NCBI GenBank assembly: GCA_010093605.1
Contig: MU004200.1
Span: forward strand, 372,001 to 436,000
Source: Lophium mytilinum
Taxonomy: Eukaryota
Reading direction: 5' to 3'
DNA: 64,000 nt
In this document: piece by piece, positions 39,829 through 52,339 of the stretch
Layout of the letters: the number at the start of each line of letters is the position of its first letter
How positions within the stretch are numbered: position 1 is the stretch's first letter
Program-made: the position numbers and the translations under genes
The notes under the pieces: model-generated
The model's database searches: none
What the model was told of the DNA's origin: nothing
The model's input: only the letters and a program-made list of their open reading frames with translations

Positions 39829-42800
39829 ATGTCGAGATACTTGACACCTCACAAGATTAGCCTTCTCGTGCTGGCTAGCCTCTACTGTGAGGCTGTTGTT
39901 CCCACTTCAGCAACCATCCCAGTCTTGTCCTTCATTATCTCTCACATCATCCCTCCTGCTCCCTCAAATTATCGCCAGCGCGATTCATCTACCTCCCCAG
40001 ATGCAGTGTCTTCAATAAGCATCTTCGATAATGTTACTCTTGCACACGCTTCCAGCGTCCCGGGAAGAACGCTACTAGACTTGTTCCTGAAGAAATTGTG
40101 GGAAATTAACTCCTTTGACGCTCTTCACACTTTCTTCGATGAGCTTACTGGGATACTTTCGCCATCTCGAGATGATGCAGAACGCGATCTTTTAGCACAC
40201 GTGTTTCTGTCCAGAACATCACCTCTCGGGACTTTCGTGCGACGCGCACAGCTTGAGTTCACACGGCTCCAGTTCCATGACGCCGTTCAACTTTGGTCCG
40301 CCTTTCTCAAGTACAAGACGGTTTCTCCTCAGTGGACGAAGAGGATCACACGCATTGCTGGCTCCGGCATTGATGTCAACGTTACGGACCTTGGACTGCG
40401 CCCTGAAGACGGCCTATTTCAAGCTGCTTACGGCCATCTAGACGACCTGAGTGGACCTGAGGAAATGGTCAGCGTTGATGACATTGAGAGAATTCTGGAG
40501 TTTCAGGTGGATCGGATTCAGCGTATGCCCTCTACAGGTTACTTGAAGTAGTCATGTACTAACTCTTTAAAGGCTTGGGATGTCGACTACCGGATGATAT
40601 GAGGTCGCAGCTTCACGGAATGATTGGTCCGGCAGGGACCGTACTGAGGTCGTCTCATCTTGTTAAGTAAGTCAACAATCATTTTCAGGTGGCAAGCTGC
40701 TCATCCGACATAGATTCTTCGATGCGTGGCGGGCAGGCGACTACACAACAGCATTTGACAATCTCCATCGATACTACGATTACGCCATGCAAACTCGCGA
40801 CAAGATACACTATCAATATGCCCTGCTTCATATGGCTATTCTGCACGCAGAGTTTGGTTGTTTGTCCGAAGCTGTCGCGGCGATCAACGAGACTATCTCC
40901 ACGGCGAGGGAGAACCAAGACATGAGCTGCTTGAACTTTAGTTTGAGCTGGCTCAATCATATGAGCAAGGCTTACCCGAAGCAGATGAAGAAGGCTGGCT
41001 ACATGGGACTAATCGGCTCCGAGCGAGACGGATTAGCGTTCTTGAAGCAGAAGGCCAAGGAGACGAAAATGTACAACCTCCTAAGCTCCACGTTGCTGAA
41101 CGAGGCAAAGCTCGGCCTATCAAATGTATGCTTGTTTATTAGAATTGCTATTGCCGCCACAGAAACTAATCTCGACATCAGGGAGAGTCTATACCTCGTG
41201 CAATTGAGCACATATATCAGGCATCCCACCTGAATATTCGAGAAAATATTGTCGCAAACTACGGAGGGCAAATGCTGATGCAGTCTGCTCTTTTCACAAG
41301 ACTAGGTGATTCAGATTGACCCGTCCATGATAGCTGAAACAATACTAATCAGGGAGGTTCGAACAGGCATGGCCCATCTGTCGAATGTCTATTGCGAGCT
41401 TCTGCTACACTGCTATCATGTCAACTGCCCAATGGAAGAGACTATCAGAGCACTCTGCCGATGTGCATATACCGTATGTCTATCCCTCAATGCCACCACG
41501 TCCCGCTAACATGATTGCAGGTCTCGCAGTCAGGTCGATACGATGAAGGAATCGCGATGTTAGAGTCTATTGCTCCGGAGGCACACCGCACCCTCAAGTT
41601 CCATCAGCTAATCTTTAACTACACTGGCTTGATTAAGTTGAAGCGGGCAATACGAAGGTGAGTCCCCCCATAGCCGTATAGAGATGCCAGTTTTCGTTTA
41701 TATCCGCCGAGACATCAATCCTGACCTTATCTAGGACCCAGCTTCTCGCTAGCAGCCATCTCCTCTCCCAGCTCAGCTCCAGCGGCGCCCAAGATCTCGA
41801 ACTCTCCTTTCTCCTCAGCCTCGCCCGAATCGACTTCCTCACGCTGTCCGGCCGCTTCTCTAATGCGTTTGATGTGATAGAAGACGCGGCGGCCTCTCTA
41901 AAAGAGGAAGGTGCGGATATCTACCAACGAGTCACCATTCTTCTCGCCAAAGCCACTCTCTTCGCAAAGGCTGGCAAGCCCGAGAAAGGTTTCAGCGTGG
42001 CGCTCAGGGCCGCTAGCACGAGCTCTCGAGCGCGTTTGATGCCGAGTCTGTGGGAGGCTGTGGGACGTATCGCTCACATACTGAATGGGATGGGAGAATG
42101 TCGAGCTGCGAGCCGATTGCTGAGTTCCGTACTACCACAGGTATCCCTCCCGCGTCAACGACCGCTCAGACTCGGGATATGTTCCAGAGCTGGCTTGTTC
42201 AGAGCCCATCGGACAGCTTCCTGGTCGTCATGAGTCCCTACTAATACCTTTCCTAGGCCCTCGAATCCTCCGATCTCAGCCTCTGCGCAGACCTCTACTC
42301 GATTCAAGCGGATGCATACATGGGACTTGCAGGCCTGGAAGATGGAAACACATCAGCGGGCCTTCGACAGCGCGCTACGAACGTCAACAAGGCGGACCTT
42401 TACATTGATCGAGCTCGAGAATGTAAGTCCAGAACCCACATTACAGCCTCTCTTCCTCTCCAACCGTATCCCACCTATACCGTATTCCCAAAGCCTGTGT
42501 TGCATTGTGATCCCAACCTCGTCCCTTCGCCCGGTGTCAAGTTCCCTGCCTCATTCTCCCCTTCGAATTCATGCCCAGATTCGATCCCTTTCCCTGTTTT
42601 AATCCCCAGGTTCCCTCCTTCCTACACCCCCCCCACGTTGAGCTCATTCCCCATTTTCTACCCTATACTAACTCGCCTTCTTCCCTCAACAGGCGCCAAA
42701 CGCATCGAAGATATCTCCATCGAGTGCGAGATGCTCGCTAAGAAAGCGCTAATCGCCAAACTCCGCGGCGACGAAAAGCTAGCGGGGGAGTGGGCGGAGA

Positions 42801-42859
42801 ACTATCTCCAGACATACAACGCGGCGCACGAGAGGAGTGGGGTTGGGGAGCGAGAGTAG
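39829..42859 (+). CDS. APC5: Anaphase-promoting complex subunit 5 (multi-exon)
   Basis: MSRYLTPHKISLL, DYTTAFDNLHRYYDY, YQYALLHMAILHAEFG and ARENQDMSCLNF. Synteny next to COX13/APN2 fits. Confidence 0.92.
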
Positions 42860-43243
42860 TGGGGAGATGTAGCGTAGTGTCGTCTAAATTATTACAATCC
42901 CAACGAAGAAATAGCTTGAAACGCCCTTGACCTGTGGAAACATGTTTGTGTATCTAATGTAAGAGACGTCTGGTACCTGTACGCTTTTCACACGGTTTCG
43001 ATGTAAAAGCCGTTGTTGGATATTCGAATCACATCACGACGAGCGAGTAGTCACAGCGCCCAAGCATCAAGGAAGGTCAATCGACAACTCAATGAGATAG
43101 CTATGTCACAGTTCGCAACGCATGCCCAAGCCCGCTGCCGCCCGCGCCTAGCTGAAGGCGCTCCACTCCGCTAATTTAATCTTTGTACAATGCCCATCGC
43201 GCATGTGCTGCTGATGGATGGCGTGGGAAGAAAAGAAAGACCT

Positions 43244-44761
43244 TTACTCCTCGGGGGCGTTCTTGTGGTAGTTGACTTTGTCGTTCCAGAACCAGGTCTG
43301 TGGGGGACGAGTTAGCGGAGGTTCGTCGGGAGGTATGGTGGAGAAGTTGGAGGAGGGGAAGAGGTGTGGCATGTCGAGCTGTTGAGGATGTTCTACGACG
43401 AGAGGGCTCCGTATCAAAACGTCGTGCAGCTTGAACAGCCTCACCTCGTCCGCCTCTCCCTCTCTCCCTCCTCCTCTTTCAGATTTAAGCTTCACCAGCT
43501 TCTTCATCTCTTCCACCTTTTCCGAGTCAAGACAAAGAAGAACTCAGCTTACCTTGTCACCAGTACCGTACCAGAAGTTCTTGGTTCGGATGTTCTGGTA
43601 CGAGTACTCGGGTAGCTCGGACTTTGGTGGCGCATGAGCTACATGCTCCCAATGCTCGACCCACAGCTTGTAGGCGTTGGCGCCGGCAATGGCGAGAGCC
43701 GGGATGACCATACTGTAAACACCTCGTCAGCCTTCCATACTTAAGCACCTCTCACTAGTTGCTTCGTTCAGTTCCGTCACTCCCATGGCCTAGTTCACCG
43801 TGCTTGTTCCTCTTCAACTCGTGCGTTTCACTCTAGAACTTAATTCCTTCGCTCTGGAACGTAGTCCCTTCGCTCAAGAACGTAGTCCCCTTCCTCAGGT
43901 ACTCAGTTCCTTTGCTCCGGAACCTAGTCCCTTCGCTCAGAACATAGTCCCCTCCTCACAGATCCTCTTCCTCACTTCTTCTCTTGCAACATCATCCTCC
44001 ATAATCCTTCCTTGTCTACGCACTAGCTCAAAGACGACTCTCCCAAAGGTCTTTAGCTACACCACGAGCTCTGACTGTACTGGGACCATTGGTGTATCTC
44101 ATCCTTTGGTTCCTTTGAGTCTCACTCTGGTCACGACCTGACTTCATCCATCTCAAGTCATTTTCAGCTTCAGTCATAGCTAGCTGTAGACCAACTTGAC
44201 GAAGGTTAAGCCTTGAGAGAGTCGTCTTGTGGCTAGTACGAGGGACTTCGGAGAGGGGATTGATAGGTCTTAGGGAAGTAGGTAGGCTTACTAGATCGAA
44301 AGCTTGCGCCAAAGGCCTGCGGTAGGTGTCAGCAGTGGTTCGTCTGGAAACAGTCTCGCGGTCTGATCCATCACATCCTCCATCCTAATCTCGACATCCT
44401 CGAATCTTCAACGGAGCACCCGACTGTCATACTCGACGAAGCAGCATCGACCTCCAGAGATTCACAGTCAATCACAGAACTCTGCTCGCCTTCTCTTTCG
44501 CCTATACGCAAGCCGAGGATACATCCTCGTTCTTCATCTGCCCGAACGTCCGCTATCTCCTTCACAGGACAAGGAACATCAGCACTCACCACTCGTCGCA
44601 GCAGCGTGGTGCTTGACAGCTAGTCGCTCGCGGTTGAAGGCGTTGTCGGCATTGCCCTCCAGCTTAACCTCGCTGTAGAACCTCGATCGGACAGTCGTTC
44701 GGGCGGCCGGGGTGCGCACGAAACGGGGCGCAGCGCGCAGGAGAGCACGCTGGGACAGCAT
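43244..44761 (-). CDS. COX13: Cytochrome c oxidase subunit VIa (exons 44761-44590, 44316-44292, 43712-43553, 43297-43244)
   Basis: Spliced NAFNRERLAVKHHAAATSGLWRKLSIY..EHWEH..EYSYQNIRTKNFWYGTGDKTWFWNDKVNYH. Confidence 0.93.
43830..43960. repeat. 21-bp minisatellite, about 6 degenerate copies, inside COX13 intron 2
   Basis: Units resembling CGCTCWRGAACGTAGTCCCTT recur with a 21-bp period. Confidence 0.7.
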
Positions 44762-45129
44762 TGTTGGTGTTTTCGAAGTTGCAGAGTGGAGAGGGTCGCA
44801 ATTGAGGGTGTGGTGGTGGCTTCGGAGGGTGAATGGTGGAAAGGGTGGAGAGGTGAGGTTGGCTTTGACATTTATCAGGTGAGTGCGGCTTTTGCCGGGC
44901 GGGCCCTTCAAATCAGCCCCGTTTCTTCTCCATCTTGGCACCCGCCGCCTGACGTCGTGCCGGCTTCGCGCTCGCCAGCGACGTGGCAAGCCAGGTGTTT
45001 ACGCGCTTTTGATTCACAGTTTCACGATTTCCTTCTGCTTTGGTCTCGTTCCAGTCTCTCTCAATTCACTTTTGATTCTTTTAGCGCGTTCTTACCAAGA
45101 AATGAAGCGTTCGAAACGGTAACGACACC

Positions 45130-47353
45130 ATGGCTCTGCGGATTACGACCTGGAATGTCAACGGCATCCGAAATCCCTTCAGCTATAAGCCATGGAGCGA
45201 TACCCGGACGTTCAACGCCATGTTCGACATACTGGAGGCCGATATCGTGATCATGCAAGAGCTGAAGATCCAGAGAAAAGACTTGCGGGACGATATGGTC
45301 CTGGTACCGGGCTGGGACTGCTACTTCAGCTTGCCCAAGCATAAGAAAGGTACAATATAGGCACTCTGGGGGACGCTCCCTCGGTCTTTACTAATGCCCC
45401 TTGCTGATCGGAGATGTTAGGATACTCTGGTGTTGGAATATACACCCGCCAATCCACATGCGCTCCAATCCGCGCCGAAGAAGGACTGCTCGGCGGAAAC
45501 TGCCCACCAGGCTCTGATACACCCTACCGGGACTTACCCGAGGACTCGTGTATCGGTGGATATCCCACGGACTTCCAGATTGCCGAACTTGGAGTAGATC
45601 CGGCAGCCTTAGATGCGGAAGGCCGCTGCGTCGTCTTGGAGTTTCCAGCGTTTGTCCTGTTTGGTATCTATTTGCCAGCAAACAGCAATGGCGAAAGGGA
45701 TGATTACCGGCACGCTTTTGTCTGCGCCATGGACATGAGAGTCAGGACTCTAGAGAAGCTGGGCAAGAGGGTAGTCTTGACGGGCGATCTGAACATATCC
45801 CGCGAAGGCATCGACACCGCGAAAGTCGAGGAGGCCATGAGGAAAGAAGGGATGACCTGGGAAGACTATTTCGAATCCCCGAACAGGAAGATCTTCAACC
45901 AGCTGCTTGAAGGAGGCAAGGTGATGGGGAAAAGAGAGGAGGGCCGGGAGAACCCGGTGCTGTGGGATGTCTGCAGAGGATTCCACGAAGGACGGGAGGG
46001 GATGTACACGCATTGGGAGCAGAAGATCAACGCTCGTCCGGGAAACTTTGGTTCGAGGATCGATTATGTTCTCTGCAGCATCAAGATGAAGACCTGGGTT
46101 GAAGACTCCAATATCCAGGAAGGCTTGATGGTACCTGTCCTCTATCCTGTTCCCTATAGCATTACTGACATCCCTCTAGGGATCTGACCATTGCCCTGTC
46201 TACGCCACCTTGAAGCCGAAGGTCGACCTGCTTGGGAAGGAGACTGACCTCTGCGACATCATGAACCCACCCGGTATGTTCGAAAAAGGAAAGAGACTAA
46301 GAGAATGGTCTACGAAAGACTTGCCCGCTTTCTCTGGGAGATTGCTGCCAGAATTCAACAATCGCCGGAACATCAGAGACATGTTTGCGCGCAAGCCAAA
46401 TACTAGCACGAGCAACATCGAGCAACCGACTGCCTCCTCTTCAAACGCCAACAACGAAGAGATGAGTGGAACTCAAGAGTCGGAACATCAGAGCGAAGAG
46501 ACCTCTCAAGAAGATTCCATGAGACAGAGCCTTCCATCGTCGACTGCTGGATTAACCACAAACTCCATAAGACAGAGCCTTCCACCGTTGACTGCTGGAT
46601 CAATCACAACCTCAACAGCTTCGTCTGGCAACAAGCGACGTCCGAGCAATCAAATACCAGCTAAACCGTTAAAGAAGCTGAAATCATCCCTTGTGACATC
46701 TAAATCTCCAGCGACATCAAAAGGACAGCAGTCGCTCAGAGGTTTCTTTAAACCAAAAGAAGGTTCGTCCACATCCCAGGAACCGAACGCACCGGCCCCA
46801 GATGTGCCTTCATCAACGCGAATGCTTGCTTCTCTCAGCCCTGCGGCAGTGGCTGAAGATGCGCAGGTTCCTGAAGGTCTAATAGCTGTCACCATCCCCG
46901 ACGTTCCACCATCTCCACCTAAGATCTCCACACCAAAGTCATCGCGTGCCAAGTCGAAGATAAAACGAACGCCCTCTACGTCGACCGCAAATGCTTCACC
47001 CACCCTTTCCCTTTTGAGTCCGTCCACCAGGTCAGATAGATCTGAATCCACCTTCGTTGACCCAATTGTGTCAAAAGAGTCCTGGAACAAACTGTTCACC
47101 AAAAAGCCTAATCCCCGATGTGAAGGGCATGATGAGCCTTGTAAGACACTGCAGACCAAAAAACCTGGACCGAATTGTGGGCGCTCTTTCTGGATCTGCT
47201 CGAGGTCAGTCTGTTCCTATCCTACTGTCTAACGTCAAGTGCTGACTTCCATCATGTAGGCCCATTGGTCCTTCAGGCGCAAAAGAAGTGGGCACTGAAT
47301 GGCGTTGTGGTACCTTCATTTGGGCCAGTGATTGGAACAGTCCTGGAGCTTGA
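45130..47353 (+). CDS. APN2: AP endonuclease/DNA lyase Apn2 (4 exons)
   Basis: LRITTWNVNGIRN, MQELK, GYSGV, GDLN, GSRIDY and GSDHCPV, plus a C-terminal GRF zinc finger (CEGHDEPC..GRSFWICSRP). Confidence 0.96.
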
Positions 47354-48250
47354 GCACTCTGCCATGCAAATGCCTTGAATCGATTCCCGTCAAGATTTAT
47401 CAACTGAACGGTATGAACCGAAGGGCGCTGAGAACGATCTCCTAGTCTTCAGCGAGAAGCTGTAATTAGATGGCGCAGGCCGACAGCCCTGGGAATGAGT
47501 GCTTGCTGCGATTTCAAGGCGTATGATCCTGCTGTTCAGCTTGTGCTATCTATTCTCCCATTTCAAGATGAGCATGTTCTCGGAACCCATCACGTCTACG
47601 TATCTGGCCCTTGGTCCCACCTCCTGCGAATCGCTACTGAGACGGACACTTACGCACACCCTACACGCTGATTCCGTTACGTTTTGGTTGCTTCCCATTC
47701 ATTACGGAAGGCTGAAGGCTATCCTCGATCAGCTTCTGCGTGCCGCTACATCCCAGCACTACGAATGTTTGGAGGTAGACGCGAGAAAGAGGCTGAGACC
47801 TAGGGCCTGGTCGGGAATGGGTCCCTGACACATGGTCGTTATGTTAAAGGTAGGTATTGTGAATGACCTAGCTTCCCAGCGACTGCATTCACAACCTTAT
47901 TTCATATATACAAGGGTAATGCAAATGCTTAGTAGTGCTCTTCAAGAGTGCATATGGATTCGTGACCTCGACGTGCCTGTACCGAGTGATCTCCATTGTT
48001 CTGTGGTGTTCCTACGAGACGTATTGTATGTGCTTTGCGTATTTGCTCCTATTCTGTGTCTCAAAGCTGGAGATTAAAACACCCAATAGTCTTTAATTCG
48101 CCTCTCAGTTCCGTTCTCTTCATAAGTGCTCTCTCTTTGTTTATCCCTTGCAGAAAAAAGCCTTTCTACCGCTACATTCTCTGTCATCTCTGTTATATCC
48201 ATCTACTATCTTCCCAACATCTCCAGTTCCCATAAAACAAAACATACTCC

Positions 48251-49378
48251 ATGTATTTCGGGATCATCTCCACTGTCTTACTCTCCCGAAACAAAAGGAC
48301 GCCTTGGGATCCTCCTGTTTCACCGCCAGGTTTCCAGCCGCACCCACCGGACCACAGGACTTTTTTTCCCAGCACCAGACAAAAGCTAGGGAATCCTGTT
48401 CTTAGCCCATATCCCATCTCGGCGAGGTGGACCGTGCATTCTTCACGTAAGCGAAGCTAGTTAAGCGAGCATCCCGTGACTTTTGACGACAAAGCAACCA
48501 TCGAAACCGGGATTTCGGGATAAAGAAAACCAAACATTCGATTTCTGGCCGGAAGGAGTGTGGATATGCACACGGAGGTGGTATAAGCAGACGTAGGAGT
48601 CCCCGGAAAAATAATCTGGGGTGTGGGAGAGGCTGCGTTGGGAACTCATCCCTGTCGTCGGGATCCAGGAGGCGCCGGAGTGGGAATGTGTGAGACAAAG
48701 AAAAACTAAACTTGCGGATTTTGGCCGGTTGCGTATAGGGTCTTTGGCTGGAGGTGTTAGAGGGACTATGAGGGTACCCTGGAAAAATGCTCGAGTGCTT
48801 GGGGGACTTTGACCTTTGGACATGCTGTCGTCCTAGGGCCGCCATCGCTGCGTGTCTGGATGGCTGGATTAAGACAAGAAACCAAACATACGAATTTCTG
48901 CCGGTAGCATACGGGATTCTTGAAAGGAGGTGCTTGAGGATGCATAAGGGATCCCTGAAAAAATACCGTGGTGCTCCGGAGACTTCGAATTGTGTGACCG
49001 TTCCTGTCACCGCCAGACGACCCTGGGAGTGAAAAGGGAGTGGACATTGTGTATTCTCCTTTAGGCCCGGCTGGATCAACACATATGCCTATTGCTTCTA
49101 GGTAGTTAGGAGTACTACCACGTGTAATACTGTGGTTGATTGCTCCCAGTTTCGCCACTTTACATTCCCTCGACGTCTGGCACCCCTTGCTCCCGTTACC
49201 CAGGGGCTTTTTGGCGCTATTGCCCACCCAGCTTAGCAAAGCCTATTCTGAGGATGGTTACATCTATGGGATCCTCCACAGCAAGTTTAAGAAGGGGAGA
49301 CCTTGGATTGCTGCAGATATAGCCTCTGACGCTTCGCGTTCCCCAAAGGCGATCTCCCGGTGGCCGGAAGTTGCCTAA
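48251..49378 (+). pseudogene. Degenerate multi-exon gene remnant between APN2 and MAT1-2-1; candidate MAT1-1 accessory gene remnant (MAT1-1-4/MAT1-1-5 type)
   Basis: Protein-like blocks (TPWDPPVSPPGF; NQTFDFWP; NQTYEFLP; DVWHPLLPLPRG) are separated by intron-like signals, stops and frameshifts. The identity is inferred from position only. Confidence 0.4.
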
Positions 49379-50426
49379 GTCACGGCATTATCGACAAGCT
49401 ATCGACGAACTACGCATAAGGGCTAGTTATATGGGCCTATAAGAAACTCCTCATGTGTTATTGGGTACCTGGGTGTTATTGCTGTTGAGTTGTGGCCTGG
49501 GAGGGGAGGCTTTCGCGAGCATTTCAATGACAACACCACAACACCATCAAAGTTTGGGCAACCCGAAACTGAGCACTGCGCTTCTATTGATCTTATAGTA
49601 GATGCTACCTAGCTAAGAGCTGTTTGGGTTGTCATGAAGCATCTACAGTCTCACTCATATCACGTCTGCATCCAGGGACCTTTTTTAATGACATTATCGC
49701 AGTTGTTAGGCCATTGTGCTATCTACCATATGGGTAGGTATCCGCTGAGGAAGCCATCGTTTTACAAGAACGAAGCCCAAGGTGCTCAAAGCATCCCCTG
49801 TGGCAATCGGTCCAAGAAACGATCCTCGTTCATCCCATCGATCCTCCAAGAAAGTGTCAAGCCAATGGAAAAGAAAAATCAATCGCTCGCAAATAAACCC
49901 ACAGGTCCAGTATGCCAAAGCCCAAGAGAAACCATGCCCGGGCAAGCCTGCGTGAGGCTGAGATACCAAGGAAGGCCCACCTAGAACCCCGATGACCATA
50001 ACAGATTTCAAAAAAGGTTGAAGGTTGCATCCATGAGCCACCACCGCCTGGCTCCCAAATGATGACAACAGACAACAGGGTAAAAGGACAAAGGAAACAG
50101 TATTGAGTCTCGTCGTCGTCGACTCCTTCCACCAATGATTGATGCAAAAGCAAAAGCAAAGCTCGGCTCTCATCCGTACAGTTCTCCCATAGACCAAATG
50201 CAGAGCTGTGGCAACAGCGTTGGTAACCAAGGGCCAGCAAACGTATTGTCAAGCCTAGCATCGCGAACCAAAGTTATTTTGCCAGTAGTATCAAACACCA
50301 ATGCGTAATTATGAGCGTGCAGCTGGGTGCCGTAACGCTGATGAGTCTGCGTCCTGTTAGCGGCTGCTGTGGGCTTCCTGAAGGTTGGAGGTTACTTACA
50401 GGAAAGGCGGTTGAGTCTACCACTGC

Positions 50427-51544
50427 TTAATGGCCGAAATCGAACTGGTTGCCGCCCAATGCAGCGTTGCCAGTGTCGTTGCTGAACATGTCCGGGCCCT
50501 CCCATTCGAACAGATTGTCACTGGTGGCCATCCGAGCAATTTCCGCCTCGAGATTGTTGGCGAGGCTCCTCATGAACTCCTCGTCATCATCGGGGTTCGC
50601 AGGCATTGCCTCCTGCAATCCATAGCGGTCGCTAAACTCCTCATCAAGACCTGCCATTCTCTTGACTTCGGCAGTGCGCCATGGCTGCTGGGTATCTTCA
50701 GGAGTCCATGTACCTTGGGTCGTCATGTCAGCAAGCTCGACCCCGTCTGGAGGTCCAGCGTTCTGCTGATTCATCGACTGAGCAGGCAAGATCGGCTGAG
50801 GAACGGCCGTGTTGAACACCATCGGCTGCGTCAAGGCTTGAGGCAATGGAGCATTGGGGACTGGTGGAGGATTCGGAGCAGCTGCGGCACCTAGGACTGC
50901 ACGTCGCTGCCGACGACGCTTCTCTCCAGGCTTGCGAGGAGAAAACTTGTAGCCGGGATACATGATCGAGTGGATGAGAGCCGCCTGATCGGCTTCCTTC
51001 TTCAGGAAGTTGGTTTCCTCAGGCGACAACTTTTTATAATCCTCAGCCATGCGAGTCGCTATCATGAAGGTTAGTGACAGAGTAGGGCGAGGAAGGGAGG
51101 CAAATACTTACAGACTTGCTGGTTGGTAAGCTCAGGGTACTTCGCCTGGTATCCGCGGCGTCGGGGTGAGGACCAAAGCATCCATCGATTCATCGGTCGC
51201 GGAATCTTCTTCCCGTTTCGCTCTGAGAGGCGAGCCTTCGCAAGCGCTTCGGACAATTCGACTGGATTGATCTTGTCGGTAGCAGACTTGCCAACTGGTG
51301 CGTCCAATCCACTGGAGGCAGAGAGCTGGAAGCTCCAGTAGCCTTCACTCTTGAACTCTGACTTGACAGCACAGTTGAAGATCTTTTCAACCTGAGCAAT
51401 GATCATCCGGTGCGCATCCAAGTCAAACGTAGTTGGGTTGTCCACTCCAAGGTAGGCGACGGAGTCCAATCCATTAGTGAAGAACTGCTCGGCGATCATG
51501 CCGGCCGGGCCCTCAACAGAGTCTTGAGTAACGACGGAAGTCAT
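50427..51544 (-). CDS. MAT1-2-1: Mating-type HMG-box transcription factor MAT1-2-1 (2 coding exons)
   Basis: KIPRPMNRWMLW..YPELTNQQVS|TR..YPGYKFSPRKPGEKRRRQ. The intron splits the conserved HMG serine codon, and the gene lies next to APN2-COX13. Confidence 0.92.
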
Positions 51545-51615
51545 TTCGAGCGGTTGAGTAAGGGGAAACGAAGCAAGAGTATGAAGCGGGAAGTCGAAGC
51601 ACGAAGAACAGCCAG

Positions 51616-51669
51616 CTACACGCAAGTTAGCTACACAGTCTTACAAAGAAGCGAGACAGACTGCCTTAC
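51616..51669 (-). other. 5'-UTR intron of MAT1-2-1
   Basis: 54-nt GTAAGG...GCTAAC..TAG lying 71 nt upstream of the ATG; the upstream frame is closed by a stop. Confidence 0.6.
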
Positions 51670-52339
51670 CTGTATATGGATGCAATAAGAAAGATGAGCC
51701 AGCTCAGTAGAAGCAGAAAGTAGAAGCAAACAAAAGGGCAGAGGTAGGTAGATGGAATTAGGAGGGTGGTGGTGGTAGAAGGGTAGAGGCGGGAGGACGG
51801 AGGAAAGAGAGTGCGGTTGTTGTGAGTGAGAGGGTTTGGAGAAGGTTGTCACTCGGGCAACCGCACGTTAAGTAGTCCGGCCTCCCAGCCCCCGAGTAAA
51901 AATCGCTGTGCCGCCGCGACTCCGACGGCGTCCACTCCTCACTCGAGCTAGAGCGGGCAAATGTTACAGCTCGATAAGGCACTGGAACAAGCTGAGCAGC
52001 CGCAAGCAACTTGGCGCAGCCTGCTCTGCGCACGAATGCGCTTGAAGCTGCTTCTCTTAAGGCGTAACTGGCCTGATTGATCACATGCAACGTAGAAGTG
52101 AATGGGCTCCTAGACCGGCCGCACCACTAGAAGCACTCCAAGCAGGCAAGCAGGTGTGCCCGCTCGTGATCAACCCTAACAAGGATAGCAGGTTAGTTTT
52201 GTGAGTGGAAAGCTTTGGTGAAAAAGGATAGGAGTACATACCTCGCCCAGTGTCCGAGATTCGGACCAGAGCCTGATCGGCAGTGATACTGAAGCCGGTG
52301 TGTTGGTGGCCGCTCCATGCAGAAAAGTGGATTGCAGGA

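Noticed and set aside
49634..50261. ORFs downstream of MAT1-2-1 as an extra MAT1-2 gene
   Set aside because: The longer minus-strand ORFs lack ATG starts, and none shows a recognisable motif. This is more likely 3' UTR or intergenic sequence, though not excluded without RNA data.
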